Assembly: GCA_023399155.1 (NCBI GenBank)
Contig: JAEWQP010000002.1
Coordinates: forward strand, 145,593-209,592
Origin: Verrucomicrobiota bacterium
Lineage (GTDB): Bacteria > Verrucomicrobiota > Verrucomicrobiia > Opitutales > Opitutaceae
Length of the DNA stretch: 64,000 bases
Reading direction: 5' to 3'
The translations under genes and the position numbers were made by a program. The notes under the pieces were generated by a model. The model ran no database searches and had not been told where the DNA came from. It saw nothing but the letters and a program-made list of their open reading frames with translations. How positions within the stretch are numbered: the first letter of the stretch is position 1; every line of letters starts with the position of its first letter. Below are positions 8,863-19,681 of this stretch, one piece after another.

Positions 8863-9681
8863 ATGACAAAGGCCATGCCGATCCTGGCCCATCGCGACCT
8901 CGGAGGAACGGGCCTGCCGCCGCTGGTCATCCTGCACGGCATGCTCGGCTCGTCGCGCAACTGGCAGACGGTCGGACGCGATCTCGCCCGGCATTTTCAT
9001 GTGCTCGCGCTCGACCTGCGCAACCACGGCGACTCGTTCCATGCACGCGAGATGACCTACCCCGTGATGGCGGCGGATGTGGTCGCCTGGATGGATGGCA
9101 TGGGGCTCCAGCGCGTCCACCTGATCGGCCACAGCATGGGCGGCAAGACGGCGATGCGGCTCGCCATCGATCACCCGCTGCGCGTGGGACGGCTCGTGGT
9201 GGTGGACATCGCGCCCAAGGCCTACCCGCATTCCCACGGTCTCAACTTCGGGGCCATGAATCGCCTCGATACGACGGCGCTCGCGTCGAGGCAGCAGGCG
9301 GAGGACCTGCTCGCAGCCGACGTGACGGACTGGGCGATGCGGAAATTCCTGCTTACAAATCTCGATCGCAATCCGCATGGCCCGGGTTTTCGGTGGACGA
9401 TCAATCTGGCGGCGCTGACGGAGGCCCTGCCAACCCTCGAGGAAAACAGCCTGGCCCCCGGCGATCGATTCGATGGCGATGTCCTCTTCGTGCTCGGCGG
9501 GAAATCGCGCTACTTTCTGGCGGAGGATGAGCGTGCCACGCGCGAGTTCTTTCCCTACGTGCAGTTCGCGAGTCTTCCCCAGAGCGGGCACAATCCGCAC
9601 TTCGACACGCGCGACGAGTTTGTCCGGATTGTGAGCGGGTTTCTCGGCCGCGAGGGTGACGGGGCGAACGTGGTCCGATGA
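8863..9681 (+). CDS. alpha/beta hydrolase
   Basis: PLVILHGMLGSSRNW and nucleophile elbow GHSMGG. Its 3' end overlaps the GT2 start in an ATGA arrangement. Confidence 0.8.
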   Translation: MTKAMPILAHRDLGGTGLPPLVILHGMLGSSRNWQTVGRDLARHFHVLALDLRNHGDSFHAREMTYPVMAADVVAWMDGMGLQRVHLIGHSMGGKTAMRLAIDHPLRVGRLVVVDIAPKAYPHSHGLNFGAMNRLDTTALASRQQAEDLLAADVTDWAMRKFLLTNLDRNPHGPGFRWTINLAALTEALPTLEENSLAPGDRFDGDVLFVLGGKSRYFLAEDERATREFFPYVQFASLPQSGHNPHFDTRDEFVRIVSGFLGREGDGANVVR

Positions 9682-10694
9682 GCCCCGTGGTTTCGGTGGT
9701 GATGCCGGCGCGCAACGCCGCCGCCACGGTGGCCGAGGCCGTTGCCAGCATTCGTGCCCAGACGCTGCGCGCCTGGGAGTTGATCGCGGTGGACGACGGC
9801 TCCCTCGATGCCACTGCGGCGGAAATCGTGCGGGCTGCGGAGGGCGATCCGCGCGTGCACGTCCGCACGCAGGCTCACGGCGGCATCGTGGCGGCGCTCA
9901 ACGCCGGTTTGGCCCGGGCGCGCGCACCCTTCGTCGCCCGGATGGATGCGGATGACGTGGCGTTTCCCGCGCGTCTTGAACGCCAGGTCGCATTTCTCGA
10001 AGCCCATCCGGAGGTCGGCCTGGTATCGTGTCGTGTGGCCTTCGGCGGGGATCCCGTGGCGGCACGTGGCTATGCCGTGCACGTTGATTGGATCAATTCG
10101 CTCGTCGATCCCGATGAGATTGCGCGGTCGCGTTTCATCGAGTCACCCGTCGCGCACCCGAGCGTACTCTTCCGGCGCGAACTCCTCGAGCGCCATGGCG
10201 GCTATCGCGAAGAGGGCGGGCCCGAGGACTACGACCTCTGGCTCCGCTGGATGGAATCGGGCGTCAGGTTTGCGAAGGTCCCCGAAATCCTGATGCGTTG
10301 GAACGACCCGCCGGGACGTCTCTCGCGCCGGGATGCGCGCTACGACGATTCCGCATTCTTCGCGTGCAAGTGTCGCCACCTCGGGCGCTGGTTGCGTGCC
10401 CACGTGGCGCCCGGGCGCCGGCTTTTCCTCTGGGGCGCCGGGCGCATCACCCGCAGGCGCTTTGCCGCACTCGGCGATGAAGGGGTACGGTTCGCGGGCT
10501 ACATCGATCCGGATCTGCGCAAGATCGGCGGCGTAGTCGGGGGCATTCCGGTGATCGCCCCCGAGGCCATTCCGTCGCGCGAACAGTGCTTCGTCATCGG
10601 AGGCGTGGGCGTGCGCGGCGCGCGCGACCTGCATCGCGCGATGCTGACTGCGCGCGGATTTCGCGAGGGCGAGGATTTCATCTTCGCAGCCTGA
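9678..10694 (+). CDS. glycosyltransferase family 2 protein with C-terminal extension
   Basis: VSVVMPARNAAATVAEAVASIRAQTLRAWELIAVDDGSLD (GT2 DxD region) and ARMDADDV. Confidence 0.8.
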   Translation: MSPVVSVVMPARNAAATVAEAVASIRAQTLRAWELIAVDDGSLDATAAEIVRAAEGDPRVHVRTQAHGGIVAALNAGLARARAPFVARMDADDVAFPARLERQVAFLEAHPEVGLVSCRVAFGGDPVAARGYAVHVDWINSLVDPDEIARSRFIESPVAHPSVLFRRELLERHGGYREEGGPEDYDLWLRWMESGVRFAKVPEILMRWNDPPGRLSRRDARYDDSAFFACKCRHLGRWLRAHVAPGRRLFLWGAGRITRRRFAALGDEGVRFAGYIDPDLRKIGGVVGGIPVIAPEAIPSREQCFVIGGVGVRGARDLHRAMLTARGFREGEDFIFAA

Positions 10695-10737
10695 GCCGGA
10701 AGGACGAGGTCGAAGCCGGCTGCCGCGCTGGCGAACC

Positions 10738-11817
10738 TCATCGCGCCAGGGTGGCAAACAGCTCGAGGTAACGCGCGTTCTGCCGCGCGGGATCGAACTC
10801 GGCGCGCGCATGGATGCGCGCGGCGGCCGACAGGGATTCGCGCCGCGCCGGGTCCCGGGCGAGATTGACCATCGCCCCGGCCAGGGCGACCTCGTTCCCT
10901 TGGTGTACCAATACACCAGATACACCGGGAACGAAGGTTTCACTCACGCCCGCGACGTCGCAGGCGATCACGGGCAGCCCGAGCCACTGCGCCTCGACGA
11001 GGAAGTTCGGCAGCGATTCGAGGTCGGAGGCGAGCACGGCGATGTCGGCCGCGGCGAGGAGTTCGCTCGTGTCGCGCCGCAACCCGAGGAACTTCACATG
11101 GCCGGCCAGGCCGAGCGTCCGTGCACGCGATTCGCAGGCCTGTCGCTCGGTGCCCTCGCCGGCGATCCACAGCACCCAGGGAAAGTCGCGGGGCAGGCGC
11201 GCGGCCGCTTCGACCAGCCGACGGTGTCCTTTGCCCGGGCGCAGCATCGCTGTGCACAGGAACACGACAGTATCCGGCGTCGCTCCGAGTCCGGCCCGCA
11301 CGCGGGCGCGGGCGTCTGGCGTGGGCTCCGCGGGCGCGACGAGGGCATTGCGGATCACGTGAATGCGAGATGGATCGAGCCCGTGCTCCCGCGTGATGCG
11401 CCCCGCGGCCTCGGCACTGTTCGCCACAATCGCATCGGCGCGCTGAAGCGTCTTCCGATAGAGGAGGGGGATCGGCTTCCCGGTGCGGAAGGTCGAGACC
11501 ACGCGCGCGCCTGGCACGCCCGCGAGGATGCGCGTGCCGTGGCAGTTGGCCATGCGCCCCATGAGCAGCACGACATCCGGCGCGAAGGCGCGCAGCGTGC
11601 CGCCGAGCCCAGGGGCAAACCAGTCGAGATGCAGGTCGAGCGGCTGCAGCGCGAAGTGCCGGATGGTCGCGGGAAGTTCACGCGCGAGCGGTCCGCCCGG
11701 CCGGAATGTCACGACCAGCACCTCGTGGCCTGCGGCCGCGAAGGCACGGGCGAGGGCGACGGTCTGCCGTTCGGTGCCACCGACGCGAAGAAAATCCTGC
11801 ACGAGCGCCAGTTTCAT
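10738..11817 (-). CDS. glycosyltransferase family 4 (GT-B, RfaG-like)
   Basis: Start MKLALVQDFLRVGGTERQ. C-terminal EGFGLP-like LESLPNFLVEAQWLGLPVIACDVAGVSETF. The ORF track extends it upstream through non-protein-like Arg/Glu/His-rich sequence, which is rejected. Confidence 0.8.
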   Translation of the reverse strand: MKLALVQDFLRVGGTERQTVALARAFAAAGHEVLVVTFRPGGPLARELPATIRHFALQPLDLHLDWFAPGLGGTLRAFAPDVVLLMGRMANCHGTRILAGVPGARVVSTFRTGKPIPLLYRKTLQRADAIVANSAEAAGRITREHGLDPSRIHVIRNALVAPAEPTPDARARVRAGLGATPDTVVFLCTAMLRPGKGHRRLVEAAARLPRDFPWVLWIAGEGTERQACESRARTLGLAGHVKFLGLRRDTSELLAAADIAVLASDLESLPNFLVEAQWLGLPVIACDVAGVSETFVPGVSGVLVHQGNEVALAGAMVNLARDPARRESLSAAARIHARAEFDPARQNARYLELFATLAR

Positions 11818-11877
11818 GGCTCGACGCCAGGACCGCATCGGCTTGCGGGTCGGGAAAGTTGTGTCTCTATCTTCGGA

Positions 11878-12363
11878 GTGAAACGCCGGCATCCACTCGT
11901 CACGACCGTCCTGCGCTGGGCCATCAACGCCCTGGGGATCTTCATGGCGGCGGAACTTGTGCCGTCGATTGGGTTCACGGATGGCAAATCGCTGCTCATC
12001 GTCGTCGTCGTTCTCGGCCTGTTCAACGCGTTTCTGAAACCGCTCCTGGTGCTGCTCGCGCTGCCCTTCGTGATCCTCACGCTGGGGGTGGGCATCCTGT
12101 TCATCAATGCCTTCCTCCTCCTGCTCGCGGCGGAGCTGGTGCCGGGATTTCACGTCGAAAGCTTCATCGGTGCATTCTTTGGCGCGCTGATCATCGGGCT
12201 CGTGAATCTCCTCCTTGGCTCGCTGGCCGGGGATGCGCCGGTGCCGGTGCGGCGTGGGGGACGGCGCGACCCCCGAGGTCAGCAGCCGGGTGGGAGCGGC
12301 GTGCCGCCCACGGCACGCATCCACCGGCGCGATCGCGACAACGAGGACGTGATCGACATCTAG
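11878..12363 (+). CDS. phage holin family protein (4-TMS holin superfamily IV-like membrane protein)
   Basis: LRWAINALGIFMAAELVPSIGF...LKPLLVLLALPFVILTLGVGILFINAFLLLLAAELVPGFHVESFIGAFFGALIIGLV is the typical Phage_holin_4_2 pattern. Start proposed at GTG 11878. R/G-rich C-terminal tail. Confidence 0.65.
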   Translation: MKRRHPLVTTVLRWAINALGIFMAAELVPSIGFTDGKSLLIVVVVLGLFNAFLKPLLVLLALPFVILTLGVGILFINAFLLLLAAELVPGFHVESFIGAFFGALIIGLVNLLLGSLAGDAPVPVRRGGRRDPRGQQPGGSGVPPTARIHRRDRDNEDVIDI

Positions 12364-12390
12364 GCGGCGGCGTTCCGCAATCGCGGCGGT

Positions 12391-15300
12391 TCAGCCCGCG
12401 CGGGGCCGGCGCAGGGAAGCCGCCGGTGTGCGTACCCATTTCTTCATGACCGAGGCGAAGGCGGCGGGCTGCACGGGCTTGGTGAGATAATCATCCATCC
12501 CGGCGGCGAGGCAGCGCCCGCGCTCCTCCTCCATCGCGTTGGCGGTGAGGGCGACGATCGGCAGCCGGGCGCCTTCGCGCGGCTCGCGCGCGCGCCACGC
12601 GGCCGTCGCCTGGTAGCCGTCCATCCCGGGCATCTGGCAGTCCATGAGCACCAGGGCGAATGGTTCGCGCTCCATCAGTTCGAGCGCCTCTTCGCCGCTC
12701 GTTACGGCCGTGGCGCGGCCGCCCAGCTTTTCCACCATGCGGACGGCGAGGCGGAGGTTGATGGCGTTGTCGTCGACGACGAGCACATGCGGGGATTCGG
12801 GGCCAGATTCCACGGCCGGCGCGGTCGGCGCCGGCGCACAGGGGGCGGGGCTCGCGACACCGGCGTCCCAGAGCCGGAGCATGACGCGCTGGAGCTGGCC
12901 GGGCCGCACCGGTTTGGCCAGCACGGCGTCGAAGCGGCACCGTTCGATGCGCTGGCGCGCCTGCGGCCCGTCGGGCATGCCCAGGAGCGCCAGGGGCAGA
13001 TCGCGCGAGTGCGGCATGGTCCGAAGCGCCTCGGCGACCGTGAGCGGATCCGCGTCCCGGCCGTCGGAATCGATGAGGACGATGTCGAAACGGTCCCCGC
13101 CCGGCGCGAGTCCGGGCACCCTGCCGAGTTCGTCGAGTTCGACGACCTGCATGCCCCAACGCTGCATGTGTCGCGCGAGCATCCCGCGCTGGCGCAGGGC
13201 CGGGCTGGCGAGAAGCACGCGGCGTTGCGCCAGGGCGGCGCGTGAGTCGGCGGCATGATCCGGCTCAGCCGGATCCACGCGGACCGTGAACCAGAATGCG
13301 GATCCACGGCCCGGCTGGCTCTCGACACCGATGGCGCCTCCCATCAGCTCGGCCAGCTGGCGGCAGATGGCGAGTCCCAGCCCGGTCCCGCCGAAACGCC
13401 GCGTGGTCGAGCTGTCCACCTGGCTGAACGATTGGAACAGGCGCGCCTTGCCTGAGGAATCCATCCCGATCCCTGTATCACGCACTTCGGTACGAAGCAC
13501 ATGGGCGCCGTCGGAGGCCGTGGTGCAGGAGAGGCTGACAAACACCTCGCCGCTCGGCGTGAATTTCACCGCGTTGCCCACGAGATTGGTGAGGATCTGG
13601 CGGTAGCGGTTGGGATCGCCGCGGACCGCGGCCGGAACATCGTCGTCGCCCCACCAGGCCAGCTCCAGGGCCTTGGATTGCGCGGCGGAGGACATCAATT
13701 CGAGGACGTCCTCGACGGCCGTGCGCGGATCGAACGGGATGGACTCGATCGTCAGCTTGCCGGCCTCGATCTTCGAGACGTCAAGGATGTCATTGATGAT
13801 GGCCAGGAGCGCTTCGCCGGATTTGCGGATGGTCTCGCTGTATTCGCGCTGTTCCTCGGTCAGGGGCGTATCGAGCAGCAGGCCGGTCATGCCGATCACG
13901 CCGTTCATCGGCGTGCGGATCTCGTGGCTCATGTTCGCCAGGAACGTGCTTTTCGCCCGGGCGGCGGCCTCGGCCTGTTCCTTCGCCAGGACGAGTTCGC
14001 TCGTGCGTGCGGCGATCGCCGTCTCGAGGCGTTCCGTCTTGTGGCGCAGGGCGGCGGTGCGCATCCGGTAGAGCGCCCAGAGCGTGAGGGTGATCGCGAG
14101 CGCAACGGAAAGGTAGAACTGTCGGGTCTGAAAATAGAACGGCCGCTGCACGATGCCGATCGACGCGCCCGCGCCGTCCCACTCGCCACGCTCGTTGGCG
14201 GCGAGCACGCGGAACACGTAGTCCCCGGGCGGCAGGCTGGTGTAGATGGCGGTGCGACGCGTCCCGGCGTTGGTCCAGTCGCGATCGTATCCGTCGAGGC
14301 GGTACTTGAAATGGAAACGGTCGGGGTGCGCGAATCCGGGCGAGGTGTAGGCGATCGAAATCGTATGCGCGCCGGGCGGCGCCTCGATGACCGGCAGCCG
14401 GGCGGCGACGCGCTCGTCGATCGTGACGGTGTCGATATGCACCTGCGGGGCGCTCCCCGCGGGCCGGGCCCGGGACGGATCAACCTGCAGGAGTCCGGTG
14501 CGGGTGGAGAACCAGAGGGTGCCATCCGGCGCCGGCCAGACTCCCGGGTGCGAACCTGAGCTGAGATAGGTGCCCCGGACAAACTCGTGCAGCGCGCCGG
14601 CGGCCGGCTCCCCCCGGGTGAAGACGGCCAGCAACGCATCGGCGTCGCTCCAAAAAATCGTCGAAGGCGTGCCGATCCAGAGTCGGCCGGCCTGATCGAG
14701 GCTAAGGGCCGAGACCGTGTCCTGGGTTACTTCGGCGACTGCGTCGGATCGCCGCCAGCTGCCCTCGTGCAGCACCGCCAGACCGCCTTCCTGCAAGCCG
14801 GCCCAGAGCCGGCCGCCTCGGTCCGCAAGCAGGCATCGGATCTCGTCGGACGGGAGGCCCTCGCGCGTGGTATGGTGCGTCAACTCGCCGTCCCGGATCG
14901 CCAGGACCCCCGTGCGTCGCATGCCGAAATAGCGGGTGCCGTCCTGCGTCTCGGCAAAGCCCAGGGCCGAATCGCCCATCGCGGCCTCGGGACTGACGAT
15001 CCCCTCGAAGGAATCGTCGCGCCAGCGCACGATCCCCGCCTGCTCCGAGGAAAACCAGAGCGAGCCCGCGGCGTCCTCAAAGATCGCACGGACCAGCGGG
15101 TGGTTTGGAAAGGTATCAGTCCTATCGTGACGGACGCGCAGCAGCCCGCTGCGCGTGCCGATCCAGACAGCCCCGTCCCGCGACGCGTGCACGGTCCATG
15201 CCTCCTCTCCTGCGGAGCGGATGCCGGGAGGCTCCTCCCATGCCCGGCTGCCAGGTCGCCAGCGGGCAACGCCGCGTCCTGGGAGCGCGACCCAGAATGC

Positions 15301-16341
15301 GCCGTCGCGATCGATGGTCACGCTGCGCGTCGAACCACCGGGGACGCCATGCTCGATGCCGACCGTGCGTGTGCCCTGGTCGCGCATGCGCCAGAGCCCG
15401 GCGCCGGTCGTGCCGATCCAGGCGTTGCCCTCGGTATCGAGCGCGAGGGTACGTGTCGCGACACGAAACGGGGTTTCGAGCGGCTCGAAGCGGTCGATCC
15501 CATTCCACCGGGCGATGGTGCCGCCCGCGGCCCAGAGCGTCCCATCGTGGGTCGCGATGATCTGGATGACATCCGCGGGCAGCCCCGCCTCCGCACCCAG
15601 CCTGCTCACGGTGTCGCCGGTCTTCCGTAGCACGCCATCTTGCGTGCTGAACCAAAGCGTTCCGCGCGGGGACTCCGCCATGCCGAGGATGTTCGCCGTT
15701 GCCAGGGCGGGTTCCGCGACCGGCTGGACTCCGTGAGCGTCGCGCCGGGCGAGGACGGGGCGGTCATTGAACCCGACCCAGACCGCGTCGGTCGAGTCAA
15801 CGAAGACGAAGCGAGCTTCACGCCCGTAGTCGCTGAACTCGGGATGGCGGACGACTTCGGTGCCCCGGACTTCGCAGACGCCGGCCGTGGAGGTTGCCAC
15901 CCAGACATGCCCGTGAGCGTCCAGCGCCAGGCTGTTCACCTCGAGGCCGGTCACATCGAGCGTCTCGAACTCGTGTTTCGCGAAGCGGACGAGGCCCGCC
16001 TGCGTGCCGATCCAAAGGACACCGTTCCGGTCGACCAGCAGGCGGCGGATGACATTGCTGCCGAGTTCCGGATGCGTCGCCGTGCGAAAGACGACGTGGT
16101 GCATGCCGTCAAACCGCGCCAGGCCGCTCTCGGTGCCGATCCAGAGATAGCCGTCAGGAGTCTGGGCGATGGCCGTGACGATGGCGGAGAGATTTTCCGT
16201 CACCCCCTGAGCCTGAAACGTGTAACTCGAGCCCGGCGGTGACGCGAAAGGAACGTCGGCCCCATCCACAGGACGAGCCGCGCCGGCCGCCAGCGTTGCG
16301 GCAAGCATCAGGGCGCCACACGTCGCACGAAACCGCCCCAT
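12391..16341 (-). CDS. hybrid sensor histidine kinase/response regulator with periplasmic Y_Y_Y two-component-regulator propeller domain
   Basis: Signal-like [22 protein letters not shown]. Repeated propeller-type segments (LWIGT, WFST). HisKA box [19 protein letters not shown]. HATPase [36 protein letters not shown]-terminal [16 protein letters not shown]...[12 protein letters not shown]. Confidence 0.9.
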   Translation of the reverse strand: MGRFRATCGALMLAATLAAGAARPVDGADVPFASPPGSSYTFQAQGVTENLSAIVTAIAQTPDGYLWIGTESGLARFDGMHHVVFRTATHPELGSNVIRRLLVDRNGVLWIGTQAGLVRFAKHEFETLDVTGLEVNSLALDAHGHVWVATSTAGVCEVRGTEVVRHPEFSDYGREARFVFVDSTDAVWVGFNDRPVLARRDAHGVQPVAEPALATANILGMAESPRGTLWFSTQDGVLRKTGDTVSRLGAEAGLPADVIQIIATHDGTLWAAGGTIARWNGIDRFEPLETPFRVATRTLALDTEGNAWIGTTGAGLWRMRDQGTRTVGIEHGVPGGSTRSVTIDRDGAFWVALPGRGVARWRPGSRAWEEPPGIRSAGEEAWTVHASRDGAVWIGTRSGLLRVRHDRTDTFPNHPLVRAIFEDAAGSLWFSSEQAGIVRWRDDSFEGIVSPEAAMGDSALGFAETQDGTRYFGMRRTGVLAIRDGELTHHTTREGLPSDEIRCLLADRGGRLWAGLQEGGLAVLHEGSWRRSDAVAEVTQDTVSALSLDQAGRLWIGTPSTIFWSDADALLAVFTRGEPAAGALHEFVRGTYLSSGSHPGVWPAPDGTLWFSTRTGLLQVDPSRARPAGSAPQVHIDTVTIDERVAARLPVIEAPPGAHTISIAYTSPGFAHPDRFHFKYRLDGYDRDWTNAGTRRTAIYTSLPPGDYVFRVLAANERGEWDGAGASIGIVQRPFYFQTRQFYLSVALAITLTLWALYRMRTAALRHKTERLETAIAARTSELVLAKEQAEAAARAKSTFLANMSHEIRTPMNGVIGMTGLLLDTPLTEEQREYSETIRKSGEALLAIINDILDVSKIEAGKLTIESIPFDPRTAVEDVLELMSSAAQSKALELAWWGDDDVPAAVRGDPNRYRQILTNLVGNAVKFTPSGEVFVSLSCTTASDGAHVLRTEVRDTGIGMDSSGKARLFQSFSQVDSSTTRRFGGTGLGLAICRQLAELMGGAIGVESQPGRGSAFWFTVRVDPAEPDHAADSRAALAQRRVLLASPALRQRGMLARHMQRWGMQVVELDELGRVPGLAPGGDRFDIVLIDSDGRDADPLTVAEALRTMPHSRDLPLALLGMPDGPQARQRIERCRFDAVLAKPVRPGQLQRVMLRLWDAGVASPAPCAPAPTAPAVESGPESPHVLVVDDNAINLRLAVRMVEKLGGRATAVTSGEEALELMEREPFALVLMDCQMPGMDGYQATAAWRAREPREGARLPIVALTANAMEEERGRCLAAGMDDYLTKPVQPAAFASVMKKWVRTPAASLRRPRAG

Positions 16342-16763
16342 GAGCCGTGCGGTACGATGACGGCACAGGGCCGCCGTCGCACGTGGAGACGGTGGTTCGG
16401 AAGGTGAAGTGGGCGGGCGCAAGCGAAGCGGTAACTTCCTTATCGACCGGAGGAAGCGAAGCGTTACTGCGGCTTTGGAAAAGTCGTAGCCGCGGCTGAA
16501 GTCGGCCTTTCATTGAGAGAATACCGCGCAATCGGAGCGCCTTCAGCGACGGCGAGTTTGCGGCGGGTCGGGGCCGCCACCTCCGGGCTGAAACCGCTTC
16601 AGAAGAGTCGTAGCCGCGCGCGGTGGTTGATCGACGCGGCATCGGGCCGGGCTTCGGCGTCAAGGCCGGCTTCAGCGGCTCCAGAAATGCCGTAGCCGTT
16701 CGAGACCCGCCTCTCAGCGGCAAACAAGTTGCCCTCCGCGGCGGATTGGTTGAATTCGCTCCG

Positions 16764-19391
16764 ATGTCGCCCGGCCATTTTCGACCCGAATTGCTCGCTC
16801 CGGCGGGCAATTGGGATTGCGCCCGCGCCGCCGTGGCCAACGGCGCGGACGCGATCTATTTCGGGTTGCCCGCATTCAACGCCCGGATGCGGGCCGACAA
16901 TTTCACCGAGGCCGACCTTCCCGCGCTCATGCGGTTCGTTCACGCCCACGGGGTGCGCGGGTATCTGACGCTCAATATCCTGATCTTCACCAGTGAGTTG
17001 CCAGCGGCCGTGACCTTCCTTCGGGAGGCGGAGGAGGCGGGAGTCGACGCCATCATCGTCCAGGACCTCGGGCTGGTGGGGCTCGCCCGAAAGGTGGCAC
17101 CTCGGCTGGAAATCCACGCCTCGACGCAGATGACCATCACCTCGCCGGAGGGGGTGCACTTCGCGCGCACGCTGGGGGTGGATCGGGTCGTGGTCGCACG
17201 TGAACTCTCCCTCCGCGAACTGGCAAAGTTCCGGCAGGACGACCCGGACATGCTGCCGATCGAGACCTTTGTGCACGGGGCGCTCTGCGTCGCGTACTCC
17301 GGCCAGTGTCTCACGAGCGAATCGCTCGGGCAGCGGAGCGCCAACCGCGGCGAGTGTGCGCAGGCCTGTCGGATGCCCTATGACCTGATCGTGGACGGCA
17401 GCGTCCGCGACCTCGGCGACCGCCGCTACCTGCTTTCGCCGCAGGACCTCGCGGCAATCGACGACATCCCGGCGTTGATCGATGCGGGTGTTATGAGTTT
17501 CAAGATCGAGGGACGCCTGAAGTCGCCGGAATACGTGGCCGCCGTCACGCAGGTGTATCGCCGCGCGCTGGATCGCGCCATGGACGCGCGGGTCGGGTCG
17601 TCCACGGGAGCAGCGGCCGCCGGTCCGCTGCCGCCGGCTCCGACACCGGTCGGTTCAGCGACTGGCGCGGGCGGCTCCGGCCCACCAGCGACGACGGTGT
17701 CTCCAGAGGATCGTTACAAGCTGGAGATGACCTTCTCACGCGGCCTGTTCAGCGGCTGGCTGCACGGGGTCGACCACCAGCGTCTGGTGCACGCGCGCTT
17801 TGGAACCAAGCGTGGCCCCTTTGCCGGCGTGATCAAACGCGTCGGGCCCGATTTCGTCGCATTCAAGGCCGAGACGCCGCTCAAGCCCGGCGACGGCGTC
17901 GTGTTTGAAACGGGGTTGAATCCCGACGACGAGCAAGGCGGGCGGATTTTCGAGATCCGTGGCGACCGGGTGTTCTTCCAGCACGGGAAACTCGATTTCC
18001 GCCTGCTCAAGCCGGGGCACCGCGTGTGGAAAAACAGCGATCCCGCGCTCGAGCGCGACATGCGCCGCAGCTACGAGCAGCTCTCGACCACCCCTGACCG
18101 ACCACTGGCCATCCGCGTATCCGGTGCCGCAGGACAACCGCTGCGGCTGGAGTTAATCGAGATCCCCGCCGCTGGCGGCGAGGCAGAACGGGATCACCCA
18201 CCACGCGTGTTCGTCGAGTCCGCGGTGGCGCTGCAGCCGGCGCGCGCCCATGCACTCACGCTGGAGATCCTGCGCGAGCAGCTTGGGCGCCTTGGCGGGA
18301 CCGGTTACGCTCTGGCCAGGTTGGAGGGTGGCATCGAGGGCGCGGCGTTTCTGCCGCTGCGGGAGGTCAATGAGCTGCGTCGCCGCGGGGTCGAGGCGCT
18401 TGGGCAGACGACACGGAGCGCCGGCCCGCCGTCGACCATCGGGGCGGCCGGCAGCGACGAGCCGGGCGGCGACGTCGCGGGAGCCGCACTCCAGTCGATC
18501 CTCGCATCGATACGCGAACAGCGGGCCGAGCCGAAGCCGGCCGCGGTGCCGCAGCTGGCCGTGCTCTGCCGCACGATCGCGCAGATCGAGGCGGCGCTCG
18601 CGTGCGGTGTGGAGACAGTGTATGTCGATTTCGAGGACATCCGGCGCTATCCCGAGGCGGTGGCGCTGGGCCGTACCCGACCCGGGACGACGGTGTTGCT
18701 CGCCACGCCGCGTATCCAGAAGGCGGGTGAGCAGGGATTCTTCAAGCTCATCGAGAACGCCGGCCCGCAGGGCGTGCTCATCCGCAACCTCGGCGCCCTG
18801 GCCCATTTCCAGGGCTCGTCCCTGCAGAAGGTCGGCGATTTCTCCCTCAATGTCGCGAATCCGATCACCGCGGCAGTGTTGATGGAACGCGGTTTCGACC
18901 GGTTGACGATTTCCTACGACCTGAATCACCGGCAGGTGGCAGCCCTGCTCGAGAGCGCACCCGGCGACTGGTTCGAACTCACCCTCCACCAGCACATGCC
19001 GCTCTTTCACATGGAGCACTGCGTGTTTGCCGCCTTCCTGTCGAACGGCCACACGCACCTGGACTGCGGACGCGTCTGCGAGAAGCACGAGCTGCGCCTG
19101 CGCGACCGGCTCGGCGTGGAGCATCCGGTGAAGGTCGATGTGGGATGCCGCAACACCGTCTATCACGCGAAGGCGCAGAGTGGCGCCGGCTACCTCGCCG
19201 AGTTCGTCGCACGCGGTTTGCGACGCGTGCGGGTGGAACTCGTCGATGAGGATGGCCCGCGATCGGCCGCGCTGATCCGCACGTATCAGCAGCTGTTGCG
19301 CGGTGGGATTACGCCGGCTGCACTGCTTTCACGCCTCAAGGTCGCCAGCCAGCTCGGGGTGACTGAGGGCACCCTGGCGGTGATCCGGTGA
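16764..19391 (+). CDS. U32 family peptidase (collagenase-like, fused long form)
   Basis: ELLAPAGNWDCARAAVANGADAIYFGL, IHASTQMTITS, FVHGALCVAYSGQCLTS, ECAQACR. ATG confirmed at 16764. Confidence 0.85.
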   Translation: MSPGHFRPELLAPAGNWDCARAAVANGADAIYFGLPAFNARMRADNFTEADLPALMRFVHAHGVRGYLTLNILIFTSELPAAVTFLREAEEAGVDAIIVQDLGLVGLARKVAPRLEIHASTQMTITSPEGVHFARTLGVDRVVVARELSLRELAKFRQDDPDMLPIETFVHGALCVAYSGQCLTSESLGQRSANRGECAQACRMPYDLIVDGSVRDLGDRRYLLSPQDLAAIDDIPALIDAGVMSFKIEGRLKSPEYVAAVTQVYRRALDRAMDARVGSSTGAAAAGPLPPAPTPVGSATGAGGSGPPATTVSPEDRYKLEMTFSRGLFSGWLHGVDHQRLVHARFGTKRGPFAGVIKRVGPDFVAFKAETPLKPGDGVVFETGLNPDDEQGGRIFEIRGDRVFFQHGKLDFRLLKPGHRVWKNSDPALERDMRRSYEQLSTTPDRPLAIRVSGAAGQPLRLELIEIPAAGGEAERDHPPRVFVESAVALQPARAHALTLEILREQLGRLGGTGYALARLEGGIEGAAFLPLREVNELRRRGVEALGQTTRSAGPPSTIGAAGSDEPGGDVAGAALQSILASIREQRAEPKPAAVPQLAVLCRTIAQIEAALACGVETVYVDFEDIRRYPEAVALGRTRPGTTVLLATPRIQKAGEQGFFKLIENAGPQGVLIRNLGALAHFQGSSLQKVGDFSLNVANPITAAVLMERGFDRLTISYDLNHRQVAALLESAPGDWFELTLHQHMPLFHMEHCVFAAFLSNGHTHLDCGRVCEKHELRLRDRLGVEHPVKVDVGCRNTVYHAKAQSGAGYLAEFVARGLRRVRVELVDEDGPRSAALIRTYQQLLRGGITPAALLSRLKVASQLGVTEGTLAVIR

Positions 19392-19462
19392 ACGCGTGCG
19401 GATGATCGAAGGCGAGAAGGACGAATGAGGATCGAAGACCGAGGACGGCCGCCGGCCTGGAG

Positions 19463-19681
19463 GTAGGGCGAGGCCTCCGGCCGAGCCGCAAATGAGTGGA
19501 GTGCCAAGGACGTAGGCGGAATACGAAAGACGGATGACAACGGTCAAAGTTGGAGGTCGGACGCCTGTGGCCTCGACTGAGGGGCGAATGGACACGGTGT
19601 TCTGATCCTTGGGCGCCGACCTACCCCTGTCTCCTGCTCTGGGCTATCCGATTTCGGCTCGGCCGGAGGCCTCGCCCTACC
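19463..19681. repeat. 26-bp perfect inverted repeat pair (same GC hairpin sequence) enclosing about 166 bp
   Basis: GTAGGGCGAGGCCTCCGGCCGAGCCGC at 19463 and CGGCTCGGCCGGAGGCCTCGCCCTAC at 19656. Confidence 0.75.

Noticed and set aside
10738-12324. 528-aa ORF extending the GT4 gene upstream through the holin-family gene
   Set aside because: The upstream 170 codons are Arg/Glu/His/Asp-rich nonsense. A clean start MKLALVQDF with a GT-B N-terminal fold is present at 11817.
16690-16720. tRNA T-arm-like GTTCGAGACCC near CCGTAGCCGTTCGAGACCCGCC
   Set aside because: No complementary acceptor stem, D-arm or anticodon arm can be assembled around it. It belongs to the repeated CGTAGCCG motif family.
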